From positions 447,400 to 511,399 of the forward strand of contig CAVUAK010000003.1 in NCBI GenBank assembly GCA_963739455.1: a stretch of 64,000 nt of DNA. The letters are read 5' to 3'. Of this stretch, positions 17,303 through 27,167 are shown piece after piece. Positions within the stretch are counted from its first letter, which is position 1, and the number at the start of each line of letters is the position of its first letter. The position numbers and the translations under genes are program-made. This DNA is from an uncultured Gemmatimonadales bacterium (lineage in GTDB: Bacteria > Gemmatimonadota > Gemmatimonadetes > Gemmatimonadales > GWC2-71-9). The notes below the pieces were generated by a model. That model saw only the letters and a program-made list of their open reading frames with translations, searched no databases and had not been told where the DNA came from.

Positions 17303-19982
17303 CTACTTCTGGCTCACTGCGGTCGCGGCTTTGGGCAGGGTGTCGGCCAGCTCTGCCCGGAACCGCGCCGCCTTGTCAGGCTGTCCCAGCGAGTCGTACG
17401 CCGCCACGAGGTCCTTGCGCGCGTTCTTCAGGAAGCTCACCGCCGGATCCGACTGCTTCGACACGATTTCGTAGCCGGCGAAGCTCTCCTGCGCTGCCTC
17501 GGCGAAGCGGCCCTGGCGCAGCAGCGAACGACCCAGCTTGATCCTCGCGATGCCGGTGTTGAGGTGTTCGGGCGATTGCGCGCTCGAGTAGATCACGATC
17601 GCCTGGCGGTAGAGCGGTTCCGCCTTCGCCGGCTCCTTCCGCGACATGTACACGCTGGCCAGGTTCGAGAGGGCGGTGCCGGTCAGGTAGTGCCCGCCCG
17701 GGTACACCTTGGCATAGATGTCCGCCATGCGCCGGAACGCGGCCTCGGCGTCGTCGAGCTTGTTCCGCTGCAGCGACACCGTGCCGAGCTCGTTGACCGC
17801 CGACGCCACCCGCGGGTGCACCGGTCCGAAGACCCGCTCCTGGATGACGAGCGATCTGCTGCAGCGTGCTGGTCGCCTCATCGAACTTCTCCTCGCGCAC
17901 CAGCACGCGACCGAGCATCGTCAGGGTGGACGCCGTCACGTAGCTGTCCTCGCCGTACCACCCGCTGTTGATGACCGAGCGCCTCGCGATAGTATCGCTC
18001 TGCCTCCGCATAGTGGCCCGCCTCGAACTGGATGGCGCCCAGGTTGATCAGGTCCTCGGCGACCGAGGGATGCCGGTCGCCATGCAGCGCGCGGCTCATC
18101 GCCAGGACCTGGCGCGTCAGGGAATCGGCAATATGCCCAGTGACCCAGGTAGAAGTGAGTGTTCGCGAGTTCGTAGAGGCTGTTCGACAGCTCCGGGGTC
18201 ACGTTCGCCGGGCGCAGAGTAGATCCGCACGGCCTTCTCCAGCACCGGCACCGCCGAGTCGTACGCTCCGCGCTCTACCAGCACATGGCCGAGCGCGGCG
18301 GTTGCCTTCGCCACCGCGGGGTGGTCCGGTGCAAGCGACTTCTGGCTCTGGGTCAGGCCCCTCCGCACCAGTTGCTCGCCTTCATCGAATCGTGCCTGGT
18401 CCGATCGCAGGAGGCCGAGCTGTACCTCGCTTTCTGCGACCTCGGGGTGATTGGCTCCGCGCAGGGCAACCCGATGCTCGAGCGCGGCGCTGATCAGCGA
18501 GTCGGCACGATCGAGGTCGCCTAGTTGCTGGTAGATGCCCCCGAGTGTGGCGAGGAGTTCAGCCTGCACGCCCGGCTCGCCCACGAGGCTGCTCGCTTCC
18601 TGCACGCCGCGATCCACGAGCGTCACCACGCGCAGGCTCTCTGCCGGTCCTGCTTCCTCGTCACCACCCTGGAACAGGTTGAGCATGAACCCCTGGATGC
18701 GCTGCGCCCGCGCTGCTTCGGCCACCGCCGCGTTGCGTGCGGTGGCGACGCGCACGGTGTAGAACACCACGATGCTGACGAGCGCCACGAGGGCCAGTGC
18801 TGCCGCAGCGACGCCGCGCGTGTTGCGGCGCACGAACTTGCCAAGCCGGTAGCCGACGCTGTCGGGACGCGCATCGAGCGGCTCGCCGCCGAGATAGTGG
18901 TCGATGTCGCGGATCAGCGCCTCGACGGTGCGGTAGCGGCGGTCGGGATCCTTGTGCATCGCCGTGAGGCAGAGCACGTCGAGGTCAGCCCATGACACCC
19001 GGCTGGTTGATTCCGCCGGTGCTCCCGCGTGTCGCGCGGTTGTGCGTGCGACGGCGGACGGCTTCACCGCCTCATAGGCGTCGATTACGTGGCCCGCCTC
19101 GGCGGGAGTGTGATGTGACAGGTCGAACGGCAGGCGCCCGGTGAGCAGCTCGTACAGGATGATGCCGAGCGAATAGACGTCGGTGTGAAGCCCGACCCGG
19201 TCGCCCCGGATCTGCTCCGGCGCCGCGTAGGCCGGTGTCATCAGGCGAAGGCCGGTGCGTGTCCTGTCGGCGGGCGAGTCGAGCGGCTCGAGGTGCTTGG
19301 CGATGCCGAAGTCGAGCAGCTTCACGGTGCCGTCTGCCTTCACCAGGATGTTCGACGGCTTGAGGTCGCGGTGGATGATGGCATGGGAGTGGGCATGCAG
19401 CACCGCCTCGCAGACGGCGCGGAACAGGCGGAGTCGCTCCGCCAGCGACGAGCCGTGGTTGCGGCAGTAATCGGTGAGGGGCTCACCTTCCACGTATTCC
19501 ATGACGAACCACGGCGTCCCGTCGGGAAGCGAGTTGGCGTCGTAGAGGTGTGCGATGGAAGGGTGGTTGAGCTGGGCGAGCGTGCGCTGCTCGATGGCGA
19601 AACGCTCACGTCGTGCCGGTGACAGCCAGGCGTCCCGCAGGATCTTGAGGGCGGCGACGCTGGCAAGGTCGTCGCGCTCGGCGAGGTAGACGACGCCCAT
19701 GCCGCCCTCGCCCAGGACCCGCAGGATGCGGTAGGGGCCGAAGCGCATGGTACGCAGCGTCGGTGGCACGCCGCCGTCGAGTACGTCCCGGGCCACGTCG
19801 GCCAGATCGCGATCCAGGAGCGCAAGTCCATCGGCGTCGGCCTGGAGCAGGCTCAGGACTTCGGGAATGAGCGATGGGTCGTCGGTGCTTGCCGCCTCCA
19901 GGAACGCCGGGCGCTCCGCCGCAGGCCGCTCGGCCGCGTCGTGAAAGAGCTGCTGCACTCGTTCCCACCTCGCCGCGTCGAT
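17303..19982 (-). CDS. Membrane Ser/Thr protein kinase with extracytoplasmic TPR repeats (several frameshifts in the TPR region)
   Basis: LGEGGMGVVY, HRDLKPSN, KLLDFG, TPAYAAPEQ, TM segment, TPR_12-like repeats over ORFs 18117-20030, 17936-18202, 17878-18099, 17376-18011, 17303-17881. Confidence 0.9.
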
Positions 19983-19996
19983 AGGCCCTCCTCGTT

Positions 19997-20570
19997 CTAG
20001 CGCGTGCTCCGCAGTTCGCGCGCGAGCCACGCCTTCGCGGCTCGCCAGTCACGCAGCACGGTCGCCTCCGACACGCCGAGCGACTCGGCCGCCTCTGCCA
20101 CGTCGAGTCCCCCGAAGAACCGGCTCTCGACCAGCGCCGCCTGCCGCGGGCTGAGCCTTGCCAGTTCCTCGAGCGCGGCATCGAGCTCGAGCAGGTCGTC
20201 CGTGCCCGTCGCACCCACGAGTGACTCGTCGAACGTGACGACCACCGCGCCGGCGCCGCGCTTGTCGGCATGACGCCGCCGCGCCGCTTCGATGAGTACC
20301 TGCCGCATCGCGCGCGCGGCGATCCGCTTGAAGTGGAGGGGCGACGTGTCGGCGAGGTGCGGGCTGCCGGCCAGCTTGAGCCACGCCTCGTTGACGAGCG
20401 CGGTGGGGCTCAGCGTCGCACTCGGGTCGGCCCGGCCCACGCTCGCGGCGAGCCGTCGCAACTCCTCGTACGTCACGCTGAACAAGTGGTCGAGCGCGCC
20501 CGAGTCGGCGGGCACGGCATCGCCGTCACCCGCGCCGGATGAGCGCCCCGTCCCGTTTCGGCTGTTCATG
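19997..20570 (-). CDS. ECF-type sigma factor of the kinase-associated group (ECF43-like)
   Basis: YEELRRLA, TLSPTALVNEAWLKL, AARAMRQVL, RFFGGL, TVLRDW; adjacent to the kinase gene; start approximate. Confidence 0.9.
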
Positions 20571-20708
20571 ACGGTATTCCCGGCAAGGCTGCGCAATGTA
20601 CTGCGGACCACCTCGCCTCGGGCCGCCGGGGCGCAGGGGTCTAACCAAGTATCGCCGCCGAGGCGGTCTGCGCAATCCCCATCTGTCTTCCGCCAGCAGG
20701 AGGTCGCA

Positions 20709-21059
20709 ATGATTACCAGTCAGGTGAAGTTCAATCTGCTCAGCCGGGAGCAGGTGATGGGATACCTCAAGTCCACCGGCTCCAAGGATCCGGACGTGTT
20801 GCTCGCCGCAAAGGAAGAGTTCGCCAGCAACTACCGCCCGATGAAGTGGATGGGCATCTGGGGCATGGTCTGCGGGGTGCTCGCGACGCTGCTGATCGTC
20901 CTGGCCCCGCTGGGAATTCCGCTCTTCTTCCTTGGCGTGTGGTGGTTCCGGCGGGAGAAGAAGAACGCGGCCATGATCGAGGGGACCTACGCTGAGTATG
21001 TGGGGTCCGTCACCGGCAAGGGCGGGCCGCAGTTCGGGCTCAACGCGAGCGTGGCTTGA
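20709..21059 (+). CDS. Small hypothetical membrane protein (two TM)
   Basis: AGGAGG upstream of ATG; central hydrophobic hairpin. Confidence 0.65.
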   Translation: MITSQVKFNLLSREQVMGYLKSTGSKDPDVLLAAKEEFASNYRPMKWMGIWGMVCGVLATLLIVLAPLGIPLFFLGVWWFRREKKNAAMIEGTYAEYVGSVTGKGGPQFGLNASVA

Positions 21060-21065
21060 ACGAGG

Positions 21066-21124
21066 TAGGCGTTGGGCGTTAGGCGTTAAGAGTTCTCATG
21101 CCGACGCCTAGCGCCCAACGCCTA
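21066..21124. repeat. Inverted heptamer tandem repeat (TAGGCGT)x3 between convergent genes
   Basis: TAGGCGT TGGGCGT TAGGCGT ... ACGCCTA GCGCCCA ACGCCTA; arms complementary at 20/21 positions. Confidence 0.85.
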
Positions 21125-21283
21125 GCTGTAGTTCGACGCCCACCGCCGGGCCACGTAGATGCCCACGCCCGTGCCGACCATGCTGAGCATGAACGCCGTC
21201 ATCGTGCCGAATGACTCGCCGGCGAACCAGCCCAGCCACCCGCCGGCGGTGGCGCCGATGAAGACCATGAGCTTCGACATCAT
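21122..21283 (-). CDS. 53-aa Gly-rich two-TM small protein (not in ORF track)
   Basis: GGGAGG upstream; [53 protein letters not shown]. Confidence 0.65.
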   Translation of the reverse strand: MMSKLMVFIGATAGGWLGWFAGESFGTMTAFMLSMVGTGVGIYVARRWASNYS

Positions 21284-21374
21284 CCCTCCCCATTTTTCCC
21301 GGGCTTGCTACCCTTCAACGGGGCCCGGGCGATACGCGCCCGGGCATGTTTTGCGACGACACGGAGGCGCACGC

Positions 21375-21818
21375 ATGACGTTCGAGAAGCCGGGTGACGA
21401 CCAGCTCCGGCAGAAGCTCACGCCAATACAGTATAAGGTGACCCAGCACGAAGGGACGGAGGCGCCGTTCCGGAACGACTATTGGGACAACCACGAGCCC
21501 GGCATCTATGTCGATGTCGTGTCGGGAGAGCCGCTGTTCAGTTCACTGGACAAGTATGACTCGGGCACCGGATGGCCCAGCTTCACCAAGCCGCTGGAAA
21601 CCGAGAACGTGCAGCTTCGGGCGGACAGGAAGCTGTTCGCGGCGCGGACGGAGGTGCGCTCAGCCCAGGGCGACAGCCATCTCGGCCATGTGTTCGATGA
21701 TGGCCCTGCACCCACGGGGCAACGCTTCTGCATGAACTCGGCGGCGCTCCGGTTCATTCCCGTCGACAAGCTCGAGGCGGAGGGATATGGGCAGTACGTC
21801 AAGCTGTTTGGCCCGTAA
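21375..21818 (+). CDS. msrB: Peptide-methionine (R)-S-oxide reductase, cytoplasmic, lacking Zn ligands
   Basis: GGAGG upstream; [34 protein letters not shown]. Confidence 0.93.
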   Translation: MTFEKPGDDQLRQKLTPIQYKVTQHEGTEAPFRNDYWDNHEPGIYVDVVSGEPLFSSLDKYDSGTGWPSFTKPLETENVQLRADRKLFAARTEVRSAQGDSHLGHVFDDGPAPTGQRFCMNSAALRFIPVDKLEAEGYGQYVKLFGP

Positions 21819-23213
21819 TCAGCGCGCGACCATCCCGTCACGCCCGCCCCAGGCGCCGGGCCAGCCTGGCAGCCGGAATGCCAGCACGCACGCCAGGACA
21901 GCGAACGCGAGGGTGACGCCGTAGGCCATGGCAAACCCATGCACCGTGAATGTCCCCGACAGGCCGCCCACGAGCGCACTCAGTATCGCAACGGAAACGG
22001 CCTGGATCGAGAAGCGCGTGGCACTGACGAATGCCGATGCGCGCGCCACCCGCTCCCGGGGCACTGATCCGAGCGCGGTCGTGAAGGTGGTCTGGATTGT
22101 CATGCCGAACGCCAGCCCGCGAAGCGCCAGGAGCAGCCTGATGTGCCCCAGCGGAGTGTGCGCGTCGAGGTGCATCAGGCCCCAGGTGCTGACGGCGAGC
22201 AGGAAGAACCCCGTCACGGCGAGCACGCGCGGGCCGATCTTGTCGTAGAAGCGACCGGAGAGCGGTGACGCTATGGCGGCGGCCAGTGGCTGCGACAGGA
22301 GGACGAGGCCCACGGCGCCCGGCGAGAGTCCCTGGATGGTCTCCAGGAACAGTGGCAGCAGGAACTGCGCGGCGAAGAGTCCCACCACGCCGACGTATCC
22401 CACGATGTTGGCCGCGAGGAAGATCGGATTCTCGAGCAGTCGCACATCGAGCAGCGGAGCCGGCGACCGGTGCTCGACGACCCACAATGCTATCAGCGCG
22501 GTGACACCTACCGTCAGGCTTGCAATCACCGTCGTGGATGTGAGCCCCTCCGCCCGCGCGGACGCCGCTGCATACAGCAGTGCACCGAAGCCCACCGAGG
22601 ACAGCACCAGGCCCGGCCGGTCGAGCGGCTGCGTCTCAGGCCGCTTCCATTCCTGCAGCCATTGCCGGCCCGCCACGATGCCCCACACGCCCACCGGAAC
22701 ATTGAGGAAGAAGATCCAGCGCCAGTAGCCCGCGTCCACCAGCCATCCGCCCAGGACAGGGCCCAGTGCCGGTGCCACCAGGAGCGCCATGCCGAATACG
22801 CCGAACGCGCGACCGATGCGCGATGGCGGGAAGGCACGATAGAGCAATGCCGTGCCCGACGGCTGCGTGATCCCGCCGCCAATGCCCTGCAACACCCGGC
22901 CGGCAATCAGCCATGAGAGCGACGGCGCCAGTCCACACGCGATCGAGCCGGCAGTGAACAAGGCGAGACCGAGAATGAACATCCGCTTGAGGCCGAACCG
23001 ATCGGCGAGATAGCCGGCCACTGGCGTCACGATCCCCAGTACGAGCACGTAAAGACTGACAATCCATTGCGCCGACTGGAGGGACGCCCCGAACTCGCGC
23101 TTCAACGTGGGAAAGGCGACGTTCACCACCGTGCTGTCCAGGATGACCATGAACACGCCGGTTACGACGCATGCGAGGGTCTTCCAGGGACTTCGTTGGG
23201 CCTCCTCAGCCAT
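21819..23213 (-). CDS. MFS drug:H+ antiporter, DHA2 (EmrB/QacA) family
   Basis: FMVILDSTVVNVA, LADRFG, APALGPVLGG, WRWIFFLNVPVG. Confidence 0.9.
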   Translation of the reverse strand: MAEEAQRSPWKTLACVVTGVFMVILDSTVVNVAFPTLKREFGASLQSAQWIVSLYVLVLGIVTPVAGYLADRFGLKRMFILGLALFTAGSIACGLAPSLSWLIAGRVLQGIGGGITQPSGTALLYRAFPPSRIGRAFGVFGMALLVAPALGPVLGGWLVDAGYWRWIFFLNVPVGVWGIVAGRQWLQEWKRPETQPLDRPGLVLSSVGFGALLYAAASARAEGLTSTTVIASLTVGVTALIALWVVEHRSPAPLLDVRLLENPIFLAANIVGYVGVVGLFAAQFLLPLFLETIQGLSPGAVGLVLLSQPLAAAIASPLSGRFYDKIGPRVLAVTGFFLLAVSTWGLMHLDAHTPLGHIRLLLALRGLAFGMTIQTTFTTALGSVPRERVARASAFVSATRFSIQAVSVAILSALVGGLSGTFTVHGFAMAYGVTLAFAVLACVLAFRLPGWPGAWGGRDGMVAR

Positions 23214-25066
23214 CCATCACCCCGTTTCCCGCCAGTGGATGCCGCTGCCCGCAGCGCATTGAGGATCACCACCACGTCGATCCCCTCCTGCAACAGGGCG
23301 CCGACCGTGGCAGGAATGTAGCCAGCAGCGGCCAGCAGCATTGCGAACGAACTGAGCCCGAGTCCGGCGAGGGCGCTCTGCCGGGCGATGTGTGATGTCC
23401 AGCGACTGACCTCGATCGCATCCAGCAGGCGACGTGGGTCATCTGCCAGGATCACGACGTCGGCGGCTTCGGCCGTGATGCCGCCGCGGCCGGACGCGAG
23501 CGCGACCCCCACGGTCGCGGTGCTCAACGCCGGGGCATCGTTCGTTCCGTCACCCACCATGACTACACGGGTACCGTTGGAAGCCAGCGCGCGAACTGCC
23601 TCGACCTTGTCTTCCGGCAAGAGGTCGCCGCGCGCCTCGTCGAATCCCAGGCGCGCCCCGATAGCCTCCGTATTCGCCCGACTGTCGCCGGAGAGCAGGA
23701 CGGTGCGACGAATGCCCGATGCGCGAAGCTCCGCCACGAGGCGGTCCATGCCGGGCCGCAAGGCGTCCGCATACACGATGACGCCTGCGAGGGCGCCGTC
23801 GACGACGACAAATGCGCGGACGGCACCGCCGGCGTCACGATGTTCGCCTTCCATCTCGTTGAGCTCGGCGCTGATCCCGGGGTGAAGGTCGCGCAGCAGG
23901 CTCGCCGCCCCCACCAGGACGCGCTGTCCACCGACCGTGCCCTCGATGCCCCGTCCAGCCACCTCGACCACGTTGGTCGCCTTAACAAGGGAGCCGCCCA
24001 GGGCACGGGCCGCCGCGACCACGGGCCGGGCCAGCAGGTGCCCCGAGGTGTCTTCCACCGCGCCTGCCAGCCGCAGCACATCATCGGTTGCGAACGGGGT
24101 GCGGGTCCACACCGCCGTGACCTCAGGTCGGCCCAGCGTCAGGGTGCCCGTCTTGTCGAACACCGCAACCGTCGCGCGACCGAGTTCCTCCAGCGCCATG
24201 CCGGACCGGAAGACCACCTGCCGGCGCGCCGCGCGGTTGATCCCGCCGATCACCGCCACGGGAACAGCGAGAATGAGGGGGCAGGGGGTCGCTACCACGA
24301 GCACGGCAAGCACTCGCTGTGCGTCACCCGACGCGAGCCATGCGATGGCGCAGACCGCCAGGGTCAGGGGCGTGAACCATACGGCGTAGCGATCAGCCAG
24401 GCGCTGCATGGGCGCCTTGCTCTGCTGCGCGTGCCGGACGAGCTCAACGATGCGGGCGTACTGACTTTGCGCCGCCGGTGCCGTGACACGGAGAGTGAGC
24501 GGCCCATCCAGGTTGGCCATGCCGCTCAGCAGCGCGGTGCCTGGTTCCGCGAGCCGCGGCATTGGTTCTCCGGTCAGCGCGGCCGTGTCCAGGTGCGATC
24601 GTCCACTCACCACGATGCCGTCACACGGGATCATGTCGCCGGGCCGGACGATCAGCAGGTCGCCTGTCGCCACCTCGGTGGCGGCGACCTCCTCTTCGTT
24701 CTCCGCGACGAGCCGGTGCGCCAGCCGGGGCGCTGCGTCCTCGAGCGCGCGGACGGCCTCCGATGCGCGACCTTCGGCATAGCGCTCGAGCGCCTCGCCC
24801 CCGGTCTGCATCAACACCACGATCAGGCCGGGGAGGGGTGAGGCAAGGAGGGCGGCCGTGATGATGGCCAGGGTAGCCACGAGGTCAGTGTCGAACCTGC
24901 CGCGCAGCACTCCGCGCAGGGTACGGATGACCACGGGCGGACCGGTGAGGAGAAGGCCTGCCGTCCACACCAGCCGCGCGGCGGGCAAGTTGCCGCTCAG
25001 CTGCCCGCCCAGTCCGGCAAGGATCGCGACCAGGGCGGCCGCGGGGACGAGCGTGAACCGGGTCAC
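23162..25066 (-). CDS. Heavy-metal P1B-type ATPase (P1B-5-like), no N-terminal metal-binding domain
   Basis: LTGE, ATPCPL, DKTGTLT, GDGTND, LLQEGID; GTG start overlaps the regulator stop. Confidence 0.9.
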   Translation of the reverse strand: MTRFTLVPAAALVAILAGLGGQLSGNLPAARLVWTAGLLLTGPPVVIRTLRGVLRGRFDTDLVATLAIITAALLASPLPGLIVVLMQTGGEALERYAEGRASEAVRALEDAAPRLAHRLVAENEEEVAATEVATGDLLIVRPGDMIPCDGIVVSGRSHLDTAALTGEPMPRLAEPGTALLSGMANLDGPLTLRVTAPAAQSQYARIVELVRHAQQSKAPMQRLADRYAVWFTPLTLAVCAIAWLASGDAQRVLAVLVVATPCPLILAVPVAVIGGINRAARRQVVFRSGMALEELGRATVAVFDKTGTLTLGRPEVTAVWTRTPFATDDVLRLAGAVEDTSGHLLARPVVAAARALGGSLVKATNVVEVAGRGIEGTVGGQRVLVGAASLLRDLHPGISAELNEMEGEHRDAGGAVRAFVVVDGALAGVIVYADALRPGMDRLVAELRASGIRRTVLLSGDSRANTEAIGARLGFDEARGDLLPEDKVEAVRALASNGTRVVMVGDGTNDAPALSTATVGVALASGRGGITAEAADVVILADDPRRLLDAIEVSRWTSHIARQSALAGLGLSSFAMLLAAAGYIPATVGALLQEGIDVVVILNALRAAASTGGKRGDGWLRRPNEVPGRPSHAS

Positions 25067-25767
25067 GCGATGCTGCTTGAGTGCTCCTCCACCTCTGCTC
25101 CGTCGCGGAGGGAGAAGCCCACGCCGCGCACCGTCTGGATGAGTTGCCGGCCGCAGCCCGACTGAAGCTTGCGCCTGAGGTTGCCAACATGCACATCGAC
25201 CACGTTGCTCTCCGGGTCGAAGTGCATGTCCCACACCTTCTCGAGCAGCTGCGTGCGACGCACGACCTCCTCGGCGTGGAGGAGGAAGTGCTCGAGCAGC
25301 TGGAACTCCTTGTTGGTCAGGTCGAGTGGCTTGTCGACGGCCGTCGCCTGGTGCCTGAGCCGGTCGAGTGCAATCGGTCCGTATCGCAGGACATCCAGCC
25401 GCTCCGCCCCGCCGCGACGGAGCAGCGCCCGCACCCGGGCGAGCAACTCGTCAAAGCGGAACGGCTTCGAGAGATAGTCATCGGCTCCGCTGTCGAGGCC
25501 ACGAACGATGTCCTCGACCGCATCGCGCGATGTCAGCATCAGGATCGGGGTGTTGCGGCCCTCGCGCCGGAGTTCCTGCGCCACCTGAAAGCCGGACTTC
25601 TTGGGGAGCACGACGTCGAGAAGGATGACATCGTATCGATAAACGTGGGCAAGCATCGTGGCTTCCGCTCCGTCCGCGGCAATGTCGACGACATAGCCCT
25701 CCTCCTTGAGCCCCTGCTCGATGAAGCCGGCCACCTTCCGGTCGTCTTCCACAAGGAGAACTTTCAC
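25063..25767 (-). CDS. OmpR-family response regulator
   Basis: VLLVEDD, LLDVVLP, GADDYLSKPF, SNVVDVHV, IQTVRGVGF. Confidence 0.93.
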   Translation of the reverse strand: MKVLLVEDDRKVAGFIEQGLKEEGYVVDIAADGAEATMLAHVYRYDVILLDVVLPKKSGFQVAQELRREGRNTPILMLTSRDAVEDIVRGLDSGADDYLSKPFRFDELLARVRALLRRGGAERLDVLRYGPIALDRLRHQATAVDKPLDLTNKEFQLLEHFLLHAEEVVRRTQLLEKVWDMHFDPESNVVDVHVGNLRRKLQSGCGRQLIQTVRGVGFSLRDGAEVEEHSSSIA

Positions 25768-25849
25768 GGCGCGATCTCCACTGGCTGGTTGTGACGGGAA
25801 TGTCCCGCTGGTGGCGTGAGTCGGCCCGGAAGTCTCCGTGAAGATTACT

Positions 25850-27085
25850 TCATGCTGGCGGGGCCTGGGGCAGGCGCAGCACGAAATGCCCTCCGCCGGT
25901 GCGGCTGGCCTCGGCAAAAAGATCGCCGCCCAGGAGCCGCGCGAGTCGCCGCGATAGCGGAAGCCCCAGCCCGACGCCACGGGCTTCCTCGCCTGCCTTG
26001 GTTTCGTAGATATCAAAAATGCGCTCGAGGTCATCCTCGGGTACGCCGGGACCGGCGTCTTCCACCCGGAAGAGGAGTGATGCATCGTCGTCGGGCCCGA
26101 CACGGAGCAGGACGACGCTTCCTTCCGGGGCGTGGCGCACGGCGTTGTTCAGCACGTTGCCAAGAATCTGCTCCACCCGCATCGCGTCAGTCATGCATGT
26201 GGGCATCGCGGGAGCCAGGACGCTTCGCAGCGCGATGTTGCGCTGGGCGGCGGCTGGTGTTGCGTGGCTGATCGCGCGCCGTACGACCGCGGCCGGGTCG
26301 ACGGCCTGGAGGTTGGGTCGGAGCCGGTCTTCATCGAGTCGGGACAGGTCGAGGAGGTCGTTGATCAGGTCGACCGCCTGGCCCGCCGAGTCCAGAACCT
26401 CGAACGCGGCGCGGGGCACCGTGGCGGGGTCCTTTTTCCGCACCATCATTTCGGCCCAGCCGTACACGCCCGCAATGGCGTTGCGCAGCTCATGGTTGAC
26501 CATGGCGAAGAATCGCTCGCGCGCCCGCTGCAGTCCCTGGACTTCCTCGAGCAGCCGCGCGCTCTCCCCGTGCAACCGGGCGTTCTCCACTGCCGCCGCG
26601 GCCTGGGCCGCGAGCAGGAGTCCTACGTACTCATCTTCGTCGGTGAAATAGCCCCCGCCCAGCTTCTCGGTCATGTAGAGGTTGCCGAACACGCCGCGGC
26701 GGCCAACGATCGGCACCCCGAGAAACGAGTGCATCGGCGGGTGATGGGGCGGGAAGCCGTAGGAATCGGGATGCTTCTTGAGGTCGGGGAGGCGTACGAC
26801 CGCAGCCTCCCGGATCACGAGCCCGAGTATCCCATGCCCGCGGGGCAGGGCCCCGATCTGGTGGCGGTGCTCAGGTGTGATGCCCGTGGTGGTGAAGCTC
26901 TCGAGGGTGCGCCCATCGGGTGACACCACGCCGAGCGCGGCATACCGGCAATCGATGAGCTCTACGGCGACGTCGGTGACCTTCTGCAGCACGCGATCGA
27001 TCGACATCTCCGTCGTGAACGACAGGTTCGCCTCCAACAATCGCTCGAGCCGGAGTTGTGCGGACGGCTTCTTGTCATCGGTCAT
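25850..27085 (-). CDS. Cytoplasmic GAF-HisKA-HATPase histidine kinase with DosS-like GAF
   Basis: GHGILG, GFPPHHPPMHSFLGVPI, FGNLYMTEK; NHELRN, NAVRH, DAGPG, GLGL. Confidence 0.9.
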   Translation of the reverse strand: MTDDKKPSAQLRLERLLEANLSFTTEMSIDRVLQKVTDVAVELIDCRYAALGVVSPDGRTLESFTTTGITPEHRHQIGALPRGHGILGLVIREAAVVRLPDLKKHPDSYGFPPHHPPMHSFLGVPIVGRRGVFGNLYMTEKLGGGYFTDEDEYVGLLLAAQAAAAVENARLHGESARLLEEVQGLQRARERFFAMVNHELRNAIAGVYGWAEMMVRKKDPATVPRAAFEVLDSAGQAVDLINDLLDLSRLDEDRLRPNLQAVDPAAVVRRAISHATPAAAQRNIALRSVLAPAMPTCMTDAMRVEQILGNVLNNAVRHAPEGSVVLLRVGPDDDASLLFRVEDAGPGVPEDDLERIFDIYETKAGEEARGVGLGLPLSRRLARLLGGDLFAEASRTGGGHFVLRLPQAPPA

Positions 27086-27167
27086 GCCGGAAGGTAAGTG
27101 GTCGACTTGGCACACTTCACCCCCCTTTCACCGTCGTTTCACCGGGTCGCTGCCAGCGTTGTGCGAC

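Noticed and set aside
21066..21124. Integron attC site (contains GTTAGGC and GCCCAAC)
   Set aside because: The order is core then inverse core, opposite to attC; there is no integrase or cassette array; the heptamer tandem explains it.
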